64,000 nt of DNA from an uncultured Gemmatimonadaceae bacterium (GCA_963822945.1 CAWGJO010000020.1:608001-672000); one strand, 5' to 3'; numbered from the stretch's first letter, positions 38,689-48,685 are shown. Notes: generated by a model not told the origin, from the letters alone. Made by a program: numbers and translations.

Positions 38689-40659
38689 ATGGAGTCCATG
38701 CCTTCACCTCGTTCCGCTTCACTCGCGCGCCGTCGGCCGGCGCCCGCCGGCTACCGCCGCGCGCGGCCACGTCCGGGCTTCGCGCTCGGCATGGCGCTGC
38801 TGTTCACGCTGGCCATCGGCGCCCTCGCGACCTCGGCCATCGTGCTGTCGTCCAACGCCACGCTCATCGCCAAGGCGACGGACCGCCAATCGGAATTGAA
38901 GTACGCGGCGGAAGCCGCGTTGCAGATCGGCAAGAGCCGCCTCAACTACGACCCTTCGGCGCTGCCCGACAGCGGCGAGGTCCAGATCATGAGCAACCAG
39001 CCGCTCTACGCCGCTGACGGGACGACGCTCCCCAACGTGTCCGTCAACGTCTGGATCGGACCTACGGGTTCGACCACCGGCCAGTTCGGCCGCTTTGCCA
39101 GCGTCGTCGCGCAAGCGGTGGACAATCGCGGTTCGGGGTTCGTCCGCCGCCTTGAGTTGGACCAGGAGAGCTTCGCCAAGTTCGCCTACTTCACCAATTC
39201 CGAAACCTGCTGCGGTGGATTGACGATCTACTTCAACAACGGCGACGAACTCTGGGGACCCGTCTACTCCAACGACATCATCCACATTCTGAACGGTGGC
39301 GCCACCTTCCACAGCAACGTGAGCACCGCCAAGACGATCAGCGGCATCGGCTACGGTACCTTCATGCAGGGGTATACGCAGCACGCCACCCCGATCACCA
39401 TGCCGTCCACGGCCAACCTGGCCAAGCTCACCGGCTACGCAGGGCTCGCCGGCTACGCCTTCACCGCGCCCACGTCTGGCAACGAGACGACCGTTCGCCA
39501 ACGCATCGAGTTCGTGGCCACCGACGTGACCGGCGGCGGGGATTCGTTGGCCATCGAGGACGGATTCTTCCGCGTCTACACCGCAAAGAGTGGGGAGACC
39601 GCCTGGCTACGGGGCGACGCGAGCGCCAAGAGCACCAACTGCGGCGACTGGCATCGTGTCACGCCCGGCGGGCCGCTGCTGTTCTTTCCGATCGCCGTCC
39701 ACAATAGTGCCAACACGTGGTTCAAGACCGACCTCATCAATGGCGGCATGAGTTCGTCCGCCGCCAATTCCGAGTACAAAGCATCGTCCACGACGGTGAT
39801 GAACCACGCCGGGGCGCGATGCTTCCTCGGCGGCGATCCGCATCTCGTCGCGGTGGCCCGCTCGACGTCGATCACCGACCCGGCCACGGGCGCCCACTAC
39901 ACCACCGCCGCCATCGAGAAGGGCGGCAGCGACACCACGTTCACGCCGGTCGACCAGTACGGGGCGTGGTCGCTCTATTCCAACACCCCCAACTCGGCGG
40001 TTGCCACCGCGCGCCCGCAGGACGCCGAGTACCTGTTCCCACTGTACCGGGGCTACAATTCCAACGTGAGGGGCGTCGTCACCTTCAACGGCACCGTCGG
40101 AGTCAGCGGCACCCTGCGTGGCCGCGAGACGCTGTACGCCAAGGGCGGCTCGATCGTGCTCCTGGACGATCAGCGCGACGCCTATGACCCCTCCCTCGGC
40201 ACGTGCGCCGACATTCTGGGACTTCTGGCCGACGACAACATCGTCGTCGCCGACAACGCCATCAACACGCCGCAGCAGTTTACCGGCGGCTGGAGCTATA
40301 AGTCGTTCGACGACTCGCAGGACATGTACATCCAGGCCGTGATCATGTCGCTCAACACGTCGTTCACCGTGCAGAACTACAATTCGGGCCCGAGCAATGC
40401 GCTGAACTGCGCCGGAAGCTGGGACGGACGCGGCTGCCTGTACGTGACCGGAGGACTGATCCAGGAGAACCGCGGCCCGGTGGGGCTCAGCAGCGGGCAG
40501 GGCTACGTCAAGCAGTACACCTACGACCGGTGCGCGGCGGTGAAGCCGCCCCCGTACTTCCCCACCACTGGTCGGTTCCAGGACAACCGATACTTCGAGC
40601 TCGATCCCGTGGGCTTCGACGTCGTCAAGCTGTTTCAGAGCCTCACGCCGGGCAGCTGA
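38689..40659 (+). CDS. Large PilX-like minor pilin / putative tip adhesin (cassette 2)
   Basis: G|FALGMALLF, YAAEAAL; collinear with 31822..33771. Start at 38689 or 38698. Confidence 0.72.
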   Translation: MESMPSPRSASLARRRPAPAGYRRARPRPGFALGMALLFTLAIGALATSAIVLSSNATLIAKATDRQSELKYAAEAALQIGKSRLNYDPSALPDSGEVQIMSNQPLYAADGTTLPNVSVNVWIGPTGSTTGQFGRFASVVAQAVDNRGSGFVRRLELDQESFAKFAYFTNSETCCGGLTIYFNNGDELWGPVYSNDIIHILNGGATFHSNVSTAKTISGIGYGTFMQGYTQHATPITMPSTANLAKLTGYAGLAGYAFTAPTSGNETTVRQRIEFVATDVTGGGDSLAIEDGFFRVYTAKSGETAWLRGDASAKSTNCGDWHRVTPGGPLLFFPIAVHNSANTWFKTDLINGGMSSSAANSEYKASSTTVMNHAGARCFLGGDPHLVAVARSTSITDPATGAHYTTAAIEKGGSDTTFTPVDQYGAWSLYSNTPNSAVATARPQDAEYLFPLYRGYNSNVRGVVTFNGTVGVSGTLRGRETLYAKGGSIVLLDDQRDAYDPSLGTCADILGLLADDNIVVADNAINTPQQFTGGWSYKSFDDSQDMYIQAVIMSLNTSFTVQNYNSGPSNALNCAGSWDGRGCLYVTGGLIQENRGPVGLSSGQGYVKQYTYDRCAAVKPPPYFPTTGRFQDNRYFELDPVGFDVVKLFQSLTPGS

Positions 40660-40865
40660 TTCTCCCGGTGGCATCCGATGTCCGAACGCCCGTCGCGTGC
40701 CCGCGGCGGGTGTTCGTGTCATGTCCGGCCGCCCGCCCATCCCCCGGCTCCGACGGGGTTTACATCTTGCAGACACCAACGAGCACACCAATCCGTAGGT
40801 CAGGGTGTCTAACTCCGTGAGTTGCAGCCCGCGGAACCTCTCCCTCGACCCCGGGGACGTGTGCC

Positions 40866-41348
40866 ATGATCGAATCCAATCGAGCGCTAACCCTCACCGC
40901 CGACGACGAACTTCTCGAAGCCTCGTCCACCCAACCGGCCAAAATGGCCGCATCCAACTCGCAACCATCGCGCGTGGACGCCGTCGCACAGGCGGTGGTC
41001 GAACTCCTGCGGGCCGAGCGGCAGCGTGCGCGCATCGTCGTGCGGTCCGAACGCCGGCTGCTCTTCCTTCGGCAGGAGGAGATCGACTGGGTCGAGGCCG
41101 CCGGCAACTACGTACGGCTCCACGTGCGGGGCAGCACGCACGTGCTCCGACAGAGCATGAAGAACATGGAGGCCAGACTCGACCCCGATGTGTTCGTCCG
41201 CATCCACCGGTCCGCCATCGTAAACGCCGATCGGATTCGTGAGCTGCAGCCCTGGCTTCACGGCGAGTACGTCGTGATCCTCGACGACGGCACCCGCCTG
41301 TCCGCCAGCCGCGTGTTCAGCGGCCGGCTCAATGCGCTGATCGGCTAG
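40866..41348 (+). CDS. Stand-alone LytTR DNA-binding protein
   Basis: IDWVEAAGNYVRLH, FVRIHRSAIVN, L.ASR; no receiver domain. Confidence 0.88.
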   Translation: MIESNRALTLTADDELLEASSTQPAKMAASNSQPSRVDAVAQAVVELLRAERQRARIVVRSERRLLFLRQEEIDWVEAAGNYVRLHVRGSTHVLRQSMKNMEARLDPDVFVRIHRSAIVNADRIRELQPWLHGEYVVILDDGTRLSASRVFSGRLNALIG

Positions 41349-42249
41349 GGGGCGCGACGTAATTCGAAGGCCAGCCCCTCGGCGAGCGATGGAAAACGGA
41401 ACTGGAAACCGAGCTCGCCGAGCCGGCGCGGCATCACCCGCTGGCTGGCGAGCAGCGTAGCCTCCGCCATCTCGCCGAACGCCAGCTTGAGCGCCACCGC
41501 CGGCGCCGGCAGTACCGCCGGGCGATGCAACACCGCGCCGAGCGCGTGGGCAAATTCGCCGTTCCGCACCGGGTTCGGCGCAACCACGTTGACCGGCCCC
41601 GCACTCTCGGCGTTCCCGAGCAGGAACTGTACGGCGCGGCCATAGTCCTCGCGCGTGATCCAGCTCATCCACTGGGCACCGGACCCGAGCGGCCCACCCA
41701 CGCCGAGACTGAAAGGGGGCAGCATTCGCGCGAGCGCTCCGCCCGCGGTCCCCAGCACCACCCCCGTGCGCATCAGTACCACCCGTAACCCGGCATCGCG
41801 AGCCGGATCGGCGGCCCGCTCCACTCCGCCGCAACGGATGCCAGGAAGTCATTGCCCGCGCCGCTTCCCTCATCCAGCACTTCGTCGCCGCGATCACCGT
41901 AGACTCCCACCGCCGACGCCGAAAGCAGCACCAGAGACGGCTTGCGGACGGCGACCATGGCGCGGGCGACGGTCTCCGTGCCCCGGATCCGGCTTTCACG
42001 GATGCGGCGTTTGCGCTCCGGTGTCCATCGCCGTCCGATCGGCTCGCCGGCAAGGTGGATCACCGCGTCGATATCGGCCAGCGCGTCCGGATCGAGCGCT
42101 CCGGCCAGCGGATCCCACCTGATCGCGCCAGCAGGAGCCGGTTCGGCCCGTTCGCGCACCATGGGGCGGACCGAGAACCCGGCCGCGGTCAGCCGCTGGG
42201 TCACGACCGCCCCCAGAAATCCCGAAGCTCCGGTGAGCGCAATGTTCAT
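41345..42249 (-). pseudogene. TIGR01777/YfcH-type NAD-binding epimerase, frameshift near 41821
   Basis: TGASGFLG..HLAGEPI..SASAVGVYG..FLASVAAEW in one frame; ERAA..GGPLGSG.QWMSWI..SQRV.P in another. Adding one G (tggag to tgggag) restores the frame. Confidence 0.8.
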
Positions 42250-42416
42250 GTGTTGGAACCTGACCCGGGACGCCTTGCGGCGGAATCCCGACGTTTCGGG
42301 AACGATTTAGATGATGGATCAATTAATTTCGCGCGGGGTACCCTCCCGAACCCCCACCTTCGTTGCTCAAGCGATTCGAGCCTCAGCCCGCTCGCCTTCC
42401 ACGCCTGGACTCACGA

Positions 42417-43016
42417 ATGCTCGTCAGCGCGCTACTCGCCGTCGTCTTCGCTGCCGCCGGTGTGCCGCCGGATACGACGCCCCCATCGGCGCCCCCAATT
42501 TCGGTCGACTCGGTCTCGCCGATTCCATTCGCCGTCCAGATGCCGGCCGACACGGTGCATCGGCGGCGCCCGCGGCCGCGCGCCATCGAGTACCCCGACA
42601 GCTACTACACGCGTCTCGAGATCCATCGTGACCTGAGCTACGCCATTTATCCGCTGTACGTCGGGCAGTACATCTTCGGGCAACAACTGTGGAAGTACAG
42701 CCGGAACGCCCCGACCTGGGCAAAGACCGGCCATCGGGTGTTCGCCACGGCGCTCGTGGGCGTGTTCGCCGCCAACACGGTCACCGGACTCTGGAACCTC
42801 TGGGACTCGCGGCACGACCCCGACCATCGCGTCCTGCGAACGGTGCATGCGCTGACCATGCTTGCCGCCGACGGGGCGTTCTCGTACGCCGGGAGCACAC
42901 TGGCGACACAGGCACAGAACAGCCTGTCCAAGCGACGCCTCCATCGCACCATCACGATCTCGGCCATGGGCGTCACGGCCCTGAGTTCGCTGATCATGAC
43001 CTTCTACAATCGATGA
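42417..43016 (+). CDS. Membrane protein with signal peptide and four His-led helices
   Basis: IHR, GHR, VHA and LHR each precede a hydrophobic segment. Confidence 0.65.
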   Translation: MLVSALLAVVFAAAGVPPDTTPPSAPPISVDSVSPIPFAVQMPADTVHRRRPRPRAIEYPDSYYTRLEIHRDLSYAIYPLYVGQYIFGQQLWKYSRNAPTWAKTGHRVFATALVGVFAANTVTGLWNLWDSRHDPDHRVLRTVHALTMLAADGAFSYAGSTLATQAQNSLSKRRLHRTITISAMGVTALSSLIMTFYNR

Positions 43017-43078
43017 GCCCACGCGACGCCGGTCCGCGTCTGCGTGCAGGGCAGGTGCATACGACACCGGGAGAACAC

Positions 43079-43519
43079 ATGGGGTGTGAGGATTGCCTGA
43101 GCCGGCGCCAGTTTCTCGCGAAGTCCGCTGTCGCCGCGGCCGCGGTGGCGCTCGCCGCGGGCTGCGGCAACGGACAGATCGGACCCACGGCATACCAGCC
43201 GCCGAGTACCGGTTCTTCGTCCAACGGCAACACGATCAAGGTGGGTGACTTTCCATCGCTGGCGACCGTGGGAACGTTGGTGAAGGTGAACAGCTTTCAG
43301 GCCGTGAAGCGGACGGGAGCGGCGACCTTCGCCGCCTACTCGATGGTGTGCACACATCAGGGCTGTCTCACGCAGCTCTCATCGAACATGTTCTTCTGCC
43401 CCTGTCACGGCGCGGAGTTCAATTCTTCGGGGCAGGTCATTCGCGGTCCGGCGGCGCGCGCACTTGGCCAGTACGCCACGTCGTACGATGCAGCCACGGA
43501 CACCCTGACCATCGGCTAG
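43079..43519 (+). CDS. Tat-exported Rieske [2Fe-2S] lipoprotein
   Basis: GGGAG RBS; SRRQFL, lipobox AAGC; CTHQGC and CPCHGAEF boxes. Confidence 0.9.
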   Translation: MGCEDCLSRRQFLAKSAVAAAAVALAAGCGNGQIGPTAYQPPSTGSSSNGNTIKVGDFPSLATVGTLVKVNSFQAVKRTGAATFAAYSMVCTHQGCLTQLSSNMFFCPCHGAEFNSSGQVIRGPAARALGQYATSYDAATDTLTIG

Positions 43520-43700
43520 CGGGGCGCGTCGCAACCAACCTGGAGCAATCGCCGGATGGCGACATCCTCCAGTAGGTCGTAGGGTTCGACCGCGCCGCCG
43601 CGGCGCCATCGAACGCTCGGCGGCGCTGGTGCGTTAACAACTATCGTGGGCCGCTCGACAGGTGGTCCGCCGCGACCCGCAACTTCAACGAACGAGACTG

Positions 43701-44201
43701 ATGCTCAGCGCACCCGATATGCTGATTCACCTCACGAAACCGTGGGAGGAGTTCTACAGTCACTCCAAGGTGGCGCCGACCGTGGTCACCTTTCTCCACG
43801 TGGGAGCGCTGATTCTGGCCGGCGGATTCGCGTTGTCGACCGATCGCGACACGTTTCGCGTCGTGAATGCCGGCGAGGCCAAGCGCATGCAGCATCTCGA
43901 GGATCTCGACAGCGTGCACGCGTGGGTGGTCGGTGGCCTCATCGTGTCCGTGCTCTCGGGAGTGCTCCTGTTCGCGGCCGACGTCGAGACGTTCTTCAGC
44001 TCGTGGGTGTTCTGGGTGAAGATGGGGCTCATCGTCGCCCTGTTGGTCAACGGGTACGTGATGATGCGCACCCAGCGCGGGCTGCGGAGCAGCGCGGGGG
44101 ACGCCGGCATCCGATGGCGGACGCTCCGCCAGACCTCCATGGTGAGCATCGTGCTCTGGTTCACGATTTCGCTTGCTGGAATCATTCTCGTGAACATGTA
44201 A
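43701..44201 (+). CDS. Four-helix membrane protein (DUF6644/DUF2214-like)
   Basis: FLHVGALILAGG, SGVLLF, FWVKMGL...L.NG. Confidence 0.65.
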   Translation: MLSAPDMLIHLTKPWEEFYSHSKVAPTVVTFLHVGALILAGGFALSTDRDTFRVVNAGEAKRMQHLEDLDSVHAWVVGGLIVSVLSGVLLFAADVETFFSSWVFWVKMGLIVALLVNGYVMMRTQRGLRSSAGDAGIRWRTLRQTSMVSIVLWFTISLAGIILVNM

Positions 44202-44224
44202 CTCTGGTGTTTGGAGACAGCCTG

Positions 44225-44764
44225 ATGGATGAATCGAACGACAGCCGCAGCACTCCCGCCAACGACCAGTGCAATGGGTGCACCGTCGCTGCCGCGAGCC
44301 GGCGGCGGTTTCTCCGCGATGCGGCACTGATGATCGCGGGCACTCTCGCGGCCCTGTCGGCAGGACCGGTGTCGGCAGCCGCGCTCGAGCCGCGCTTCGT
44401 GCGCGCGCTCGATACGTCCGACGAACTCAAGAACTATCCGATTCCCGCCACCGACGGCGTGAACATCGACCAGGACGAGTCGGTGATCATCACCCGCTGG
44501 CAGGGCGAGCTGTTCGCGTTCTCCCTCGCCTGCCCGCACCAGAACACGGCCCTGCGCTGGGAGCCGGAGGACCAGGAGTTCCGCTGTCCCAAGCACCATT
44601 CCATCTACACCCCCGAGGGCGTGTTCATCGACGGGCGGGCGACGCGCAGCATGGATCGATTCGCGGTCACGCGGAACGGCAACAACGTGTCCGTCGATCT
44701 CGACAAGCTGTACCGCGAGGACGACGATCCGGACCTCTGGAAGGCGGCGTTCCTGAAGCTGTGA
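44225..44764 (+). CDS. Tat-exported Rieske [2Fe-2S] protein
   Basis: GGAG RBS; SRRRFL; CPHQ and CPKHHSIY boxes. Confidence 0.88.
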   Translation: MDESNDSRSTPANDQCNGCTVAAASRRRFLRDAALMIAGTLAALSAGPVSAAALEPRFVRALDTSDELKNYPIPATDGVNIDQDESVIITRWQGELFAFSLACPHQNTALRWEPEDQEFRCPKHHSIYTPEGVFIDGRATRSMDRFAVTRNGNNVSVDLDKLYREDDDPDLWKAAFLKL

Positions 44765-44831
44765 GCCGCGGCCCGGACGCTCCATGCGTCCGGCCCCTCC
44801 GCGAGCGATCTGCCGGCGCTACCTTACCCCC

Positions 44832-45518
44832 ATGCTGCTCGGCGTTGCTGGCATGGTCGGCTCCGGAAAAACGACGCTCTCCCGCGCGCTTGCCGCCCGG
44901 TTCGGGCTGCAACTCGCCCTGGAGAGTGTGGGCGACGACAACCCCTGGCTCGAGCGGTTCTACGACGGCCCCGAAGGCATGCGCTCCTTCGGCCTCCACC
45001 TCCAACTGCACTTCCTGGCGACGCGCTTCGCGGCCATGCGCCGCATACTCGGCAGCGGGGGCAGTTGGGTGCTCGACCGTACCTGGTACGAGGACGCCGA
45101 GATATTCGCCCGGGGGCTCTTCGAACAGGGGTACATGAGCTCCGACGACTGGAGCCTGTACCACCAGTTGTATGGCGAGTTGTTGCATGCCCCCGCGGCT
45201 CGGCCCCCGCGCCTGCTGGTCTATCTTCACGGCCCGGTCGAGACGATCATCGGGCGGATCGTCACGCGTGGGCGCCCGAAGGAACGGGATACCGATCCCG
45301 AATACTGGCGCGAACTGCACGAACGCTACGAGCGCTGGATCGCTGGATTCACGCCGTGCCCCGTGCTCCGCCTCGACATCCGCCAGTACGACCTGGTGGC
45401 CGAGCCGGACGCCATCGAAGACGTCGCGGCGCAGGTGCGCGCGGTGATCGGCGACGATCTGCCGCAGACGGAACTCTGGCCTCCCGTGCCTCGCCGTTCC
45501 GATCGCCGAGCGTCCTGA
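44832..45518 (+). CDS. Deoxynucleoside kinase
   Basis: GMVGSGKTT, NPWLERFY, LQLHFLATRF, LDRTWYED, RGRPKE. Confidence 0.9.
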   Translation: MLLGVAGMVGSGKTTLSRALAARFGLQLALESVGDDNPWLERFYDGPEGMRSFGLHLQLHFLATRFAAMRRILGSGGSWVLDRTWYEDAEIFARGLFEQGYMSSDDWSLYHQLYGELLHAPAARPPRLLVYLHGPVETIIGRIVTRGRPKERDTDPEYWRELHERYERWIAGFTPCPVLRLDIRQYDLVAEPDAIEDVAAQVRAVIGDDLPQTELWPPVPRRSDRRAS

Positions 45519-45616
45519 CCGGCCGGCGGCTCCCGGCGGACCTTCAGCCGGCGAACGTCCCCGGGAAAGCCGTGTATCATTGGGGTACCCCCGACTGACC
45601 GTTCGAGGAATCCGTC

Positions 45617-46507
45617 ATGTTCGCTTCGTCATCCGGTTTCGTTCGCGTGCTTGCCGTGGCGGCAGCCCTGGCAACGCTCTCCGCCTGCACGGAGCGCCGC
45701 ACCGCCGAGCGCGCCGATTCCGATCTCGCACACGATCTCGCGCTGGCCAATCAGATCAGCGCGCAGCCGGCGCTCAAGGATACGGGCGTCGCGCCGGTCC
45801 CCGAGCCCCAACCTCAGCAGCCGCCCACGCCGGCCCCCCGCCAGGAATCGCGGAGCCCGCGGCGGGAGCCGGTGCCACAACCCACCCGTGCCGCCGCGAC
45901 ACCGGTGTCGCAACCCACGATGACCCCCGTGGCCCAGCAACCGGACTCGAATACGATGGCCGCCGCGACCATGCCGGCTCCCGTGCAGAAGCTGATCGGC
46001 GCCGGCACCGGCATCGCGCTGAATTCCGGCATGAGCGTCTGCACCAACACCAATAAGGTGGGCGACAAGCTGGTGGCGACGGTCACCAGTCCGGTGCAGG
46101 GAGCGGGCGGCGCCGAGATTCCCACCGGGTCGCGTGTCGTGCTCGAGGTCGCCCGGGTGACACCGGGCGACCCCACCGACAGCAGCATCGTCGTTCGTCC
46201 GATGACGATGTACGTGAACGGCGTCTCGTACCCCGTCTCGGGCACCATTGCGTCCACCACGGCGCTGCAGCGCACCGAGGTGCCGGGCACCGGGCCCTCG
46301 GACAAGGAGAAGGTGGCGGGCGGCGCCGTCGTTGGAGCCATCCTGGGTCAGATCTTTGGGCACAGCACCAAGTCGACGGTCATCGGCGCGGCTGCCGGTG
46401 CCGCCACCGGAGCCGCCGTGGCGCATGCCCAGAAGAACTACCAGACCTGTCTGCCCGAGGGCGCGGCCCTGGTGCTGACCCTCGATGCCCCACTCACGAT
46501 GAACTGA
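45617..46507 (+). CDS. Lipoprotein with Pro-rich linker, beta domain and glycine zipper
   Basis: Lipobox LSAC; IPTGSRV; GGAVVGAILG..VIGAAAGAATG. Confidence 0.75.
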   Translation: MFASSSGFVRVLAVAAALATLSACTERRTAERADSDLAHDLALANQISAQPALKDTGVAPVPEPQPQQPPTPAPRQESRSPRREPVPQPTRAAATPVSQPTMTPVAQQPDSNTMAAATMPAPVQKLIGAGTGIALNSGMSVCTNTNKVGDKLVATVTSPVQGAGGAEIPTGSRVVLEVARVTPGDPTDSSIVVRPMTMYVNGVSYPVSGTIASTTALQRTEVPGTGPSDKEKVAGGAVVGAILGQIFGHSTKSTVIGAAAGAATGAAVAHAQKNYQTCLPEGAALVLTLDAPLTMN

Positions 46508-46532
46508 TCCGTTGACGGACGGCGACACACGG

Positions 46533-46567
46533 GCGGCGCGGCGCGAAGACGCCGCGCCGCTATTTTT
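46533..46567 (+). terminator. Intrinsic terminator
   Basis: 11-bp stem gcggcgcggcg/cgccgcgccgc followed by tattttt. Confidence 0.8.
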
Positions 46568-46611
46568 CGGTCAGCCGCTGCACGACCACCCACACGATCA
46601 CTCCACCACGC

Positions 46612-47142
46612 ATGGATCTCCGCTACCCGATCGGTCGCTTCTCCCGTCCCGTGGACGTCACCGCCGCCGAACGCGCCCGGTACATCGAAGCCGTCGCCGG
46701 CGCACCGGCGGCACTCCGCGACGCGGTGCGCGGCCTCGACGACGCACAACTCGACACGCCGTATCGCCCCGACGGATGGACCGTGCGGCAGGTGATCCAT
46801 CACCTGCCGGACAGCCACCTCAATGCGTACGTGCGCTTCAAGCTCGCGCTCACGGAAGTCGAGCCGACCATCAAGCCGTACGACGAGAAGGCCTGGGCGG
46901 AGCTGCCCGATGGGCGCGGCCCGCTCGTCGCCGAGTCGCTCGCGCTGCTCGATGCCCTGCATGCACGCTGGGTGTACATGCTGCGCGCGATGAGGGCGGG
47001 CGATTTCGCGCGGACGCTGGTGCATCCGGAACGGCCGGAGGCCCCGATGACCCTCGACGTGATGCTGGCGCTCTATGCATGGCACGGCCGGCACCACGTG
47101 GCGCAGGTCACCGCGCTGCGCGACCGCATGAAGTGGGACTGA
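46612..47142 (+). CDS. YfiT/BstA (DinB superfamily) thiol transferase
   Basis: DLRYPIGRF, TPYRPDGWTVRQVIHHLPDSH, PYDEKAWA, YAWHGRHH. Confidence 0.9.
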   Translation: MDLRYPIGRFSRPVDVTAAERARYIEAVAGAPAALRDAVRGLDDAQLDTPYRPDGWTVRQVIHHLPDSHLNAYVRFKLALTEVEPTIKPYDEKAWAELPDGRGPLVAESLALLDALHARWVYMLRAMRAGDFARTLVHPERPEAPMTLDVMLALYAWHGRHHVAQVTALRDRMKWD

Positions 47143-47173
47143 GCGGCACTCCGCGCACGATGACGCATGCAGC

Positions 47174-47215
47174 CGGGGCCCCAGACACCGCGCGAGCGCG
47201 GCGTCTGGGGCCCCG
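47174..47215. terminator. Long hairpin between convergent genes
   Basis: cggggccccagac-a-ccgcgc-ga-gcgcgg-c-gtctggggccccg. Confidence 0.65.
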
Positions 47216-47239
47216 TGAACTTCCCTGCGTGCGCCAGCG

Positions 47240-48675
47240 CTAGGCGGCCGACGCCGCGTCGTCCCCCCCAGGTCCTTCACGGCCTGGATCATCTTGACCA
47301 GCGTCTCGCGGGCGTCGCCGTACACCATGCCCGTGTTGTCGGCGTAGAAGAGCGCGTTCTCCACTCCCGCGTAGCCCTTGCCCTTGCCGCGCTTGAGCAC
47401 GTAGACCTGGTTGGCGTAGTCGACGTTCAGAATCGGCATGCCGTAGATCGGTGAGCTCTTGTCGGTGCGCGCCGCCGGGTTCACGACGTCATTGGCGCCG
47501 ATCACCAGCGCCACGTCGGTGCCCTTGAATTCGTCGTTCACCTCGTCCAGTTCGGCGATCATGTCATAGGGCACGCCCGCCTCGGCGAGCAGCACGTCCA
47601 TGTGACCCGGCATACGCCCCGCCACCGGGTGAATGGCGAACTTCACCTCGACGCCGGCCGCCTGCAGCGCCTTCACGAACTCGTACAGCTTCTGCTGCGC
47701 CTGCGCGGCGGCCAGGCCGTAGCCCGGCACGATGATCACCTTGCTGGCGTAACGCATCGTGATCGCGGCATCGCTCGCTTCCACCGGCTTCATCGAGCCG
47801 GCGATCTCGCCCTCCTGCTCGATGCTCACGTCGCCGAAGTTGCTGAACAGGACGTTGGCCACCGAGCGGTTCATGGCCTTGGCCATGAGCAGTGTCAGCA
47901 GCGTACCCGCCGAGCCGACCACCATGCCGGCAATCATCAATGCCGGGTTCTGGAGCACGAATCCGTCCAGGGCCACGGCGAGGCCGGTGAGGGCGTTGTA
48001 CAGCGAGATCACCACCGGCATGTCGGCGCCGCCGATCGGCATCGTCGCCATCACGCCGTAGATCAACGCTATTCCGAAGAACACCGCGATCAGAACCTGC
48101 GGCGGCACGTTGGGCACGCCCACCGCCACCCCGACGCCGATGGCGAGGGTGATGAGCAGAACGAGGGCATTGTAGATGTGCTGGCCGGGCAGGCGCCACG
48201 GTTTGTTGACCCGCCCATCGAGCTTCGCCCACGCCACGAGCGAGCCCGAGAACGACACCGAGCCGATCACCGCACCCACGAGCGTCACCGCCAGGTGGGT
48301 GGCGTTGTCGGCCTTGCCGCCCAGCAGCTCGACGGCGGCGATGGCACCGGCGGCCCCGCCGCCCATGCCGTTGTACAACGCCACCATCTGGGGCATGTCC
48401 GTCAGCGCGACCCGCTTTCCGCCGCGCCATGCCCAGCCGACGCCGAGCAGCAGCGCCACCAGTGTCAGCGTGAGATTCACCGACAGGTGGGCAGCGGCTT
48501 CGGGGGCGATGCCGAACACGTAAAGAAAGCCGGCCAGGATTGCCAGCAACATGCCATAGCCCGCTACGCGAACGCCCGACCGCGCCGTCACCGGCGACGA
48601 CATTCGCTTGAGGCCATAAATGAAGAGGAACGCGGCCACGAAATCGGTGGCCTGGATGATCCAGGATGTGTTCAT
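47240..48675 (-). CDS. pntB: NAD(P) transhydrogenase subunit beta (3' end inferred across a G7 tract)
   Basis: MPQMVA, PIGGADMPVVISL.N, AMNRS, IVPGYG, IHPVAGRMPGHM, GANDVVNPAA. One extra G at 47263-47269 gives a stop at 47240. Confidence 0.92.
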
Positions 48676-48685
48676 CGGTGTGTCC

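Noticed and set aside
29673..40659. Invertase/shufflon-type switching of the pilin cassettes
   Set aside because: The cassettes are in direct orientation; no recombinase gene or flanking inverted sites were seen.
46438..47239. Apparent 270-aa C-terminal extension of PntB
   Set aside because: It is the antisense of the yfiT-like gene and is explained by one homopolymer indel.
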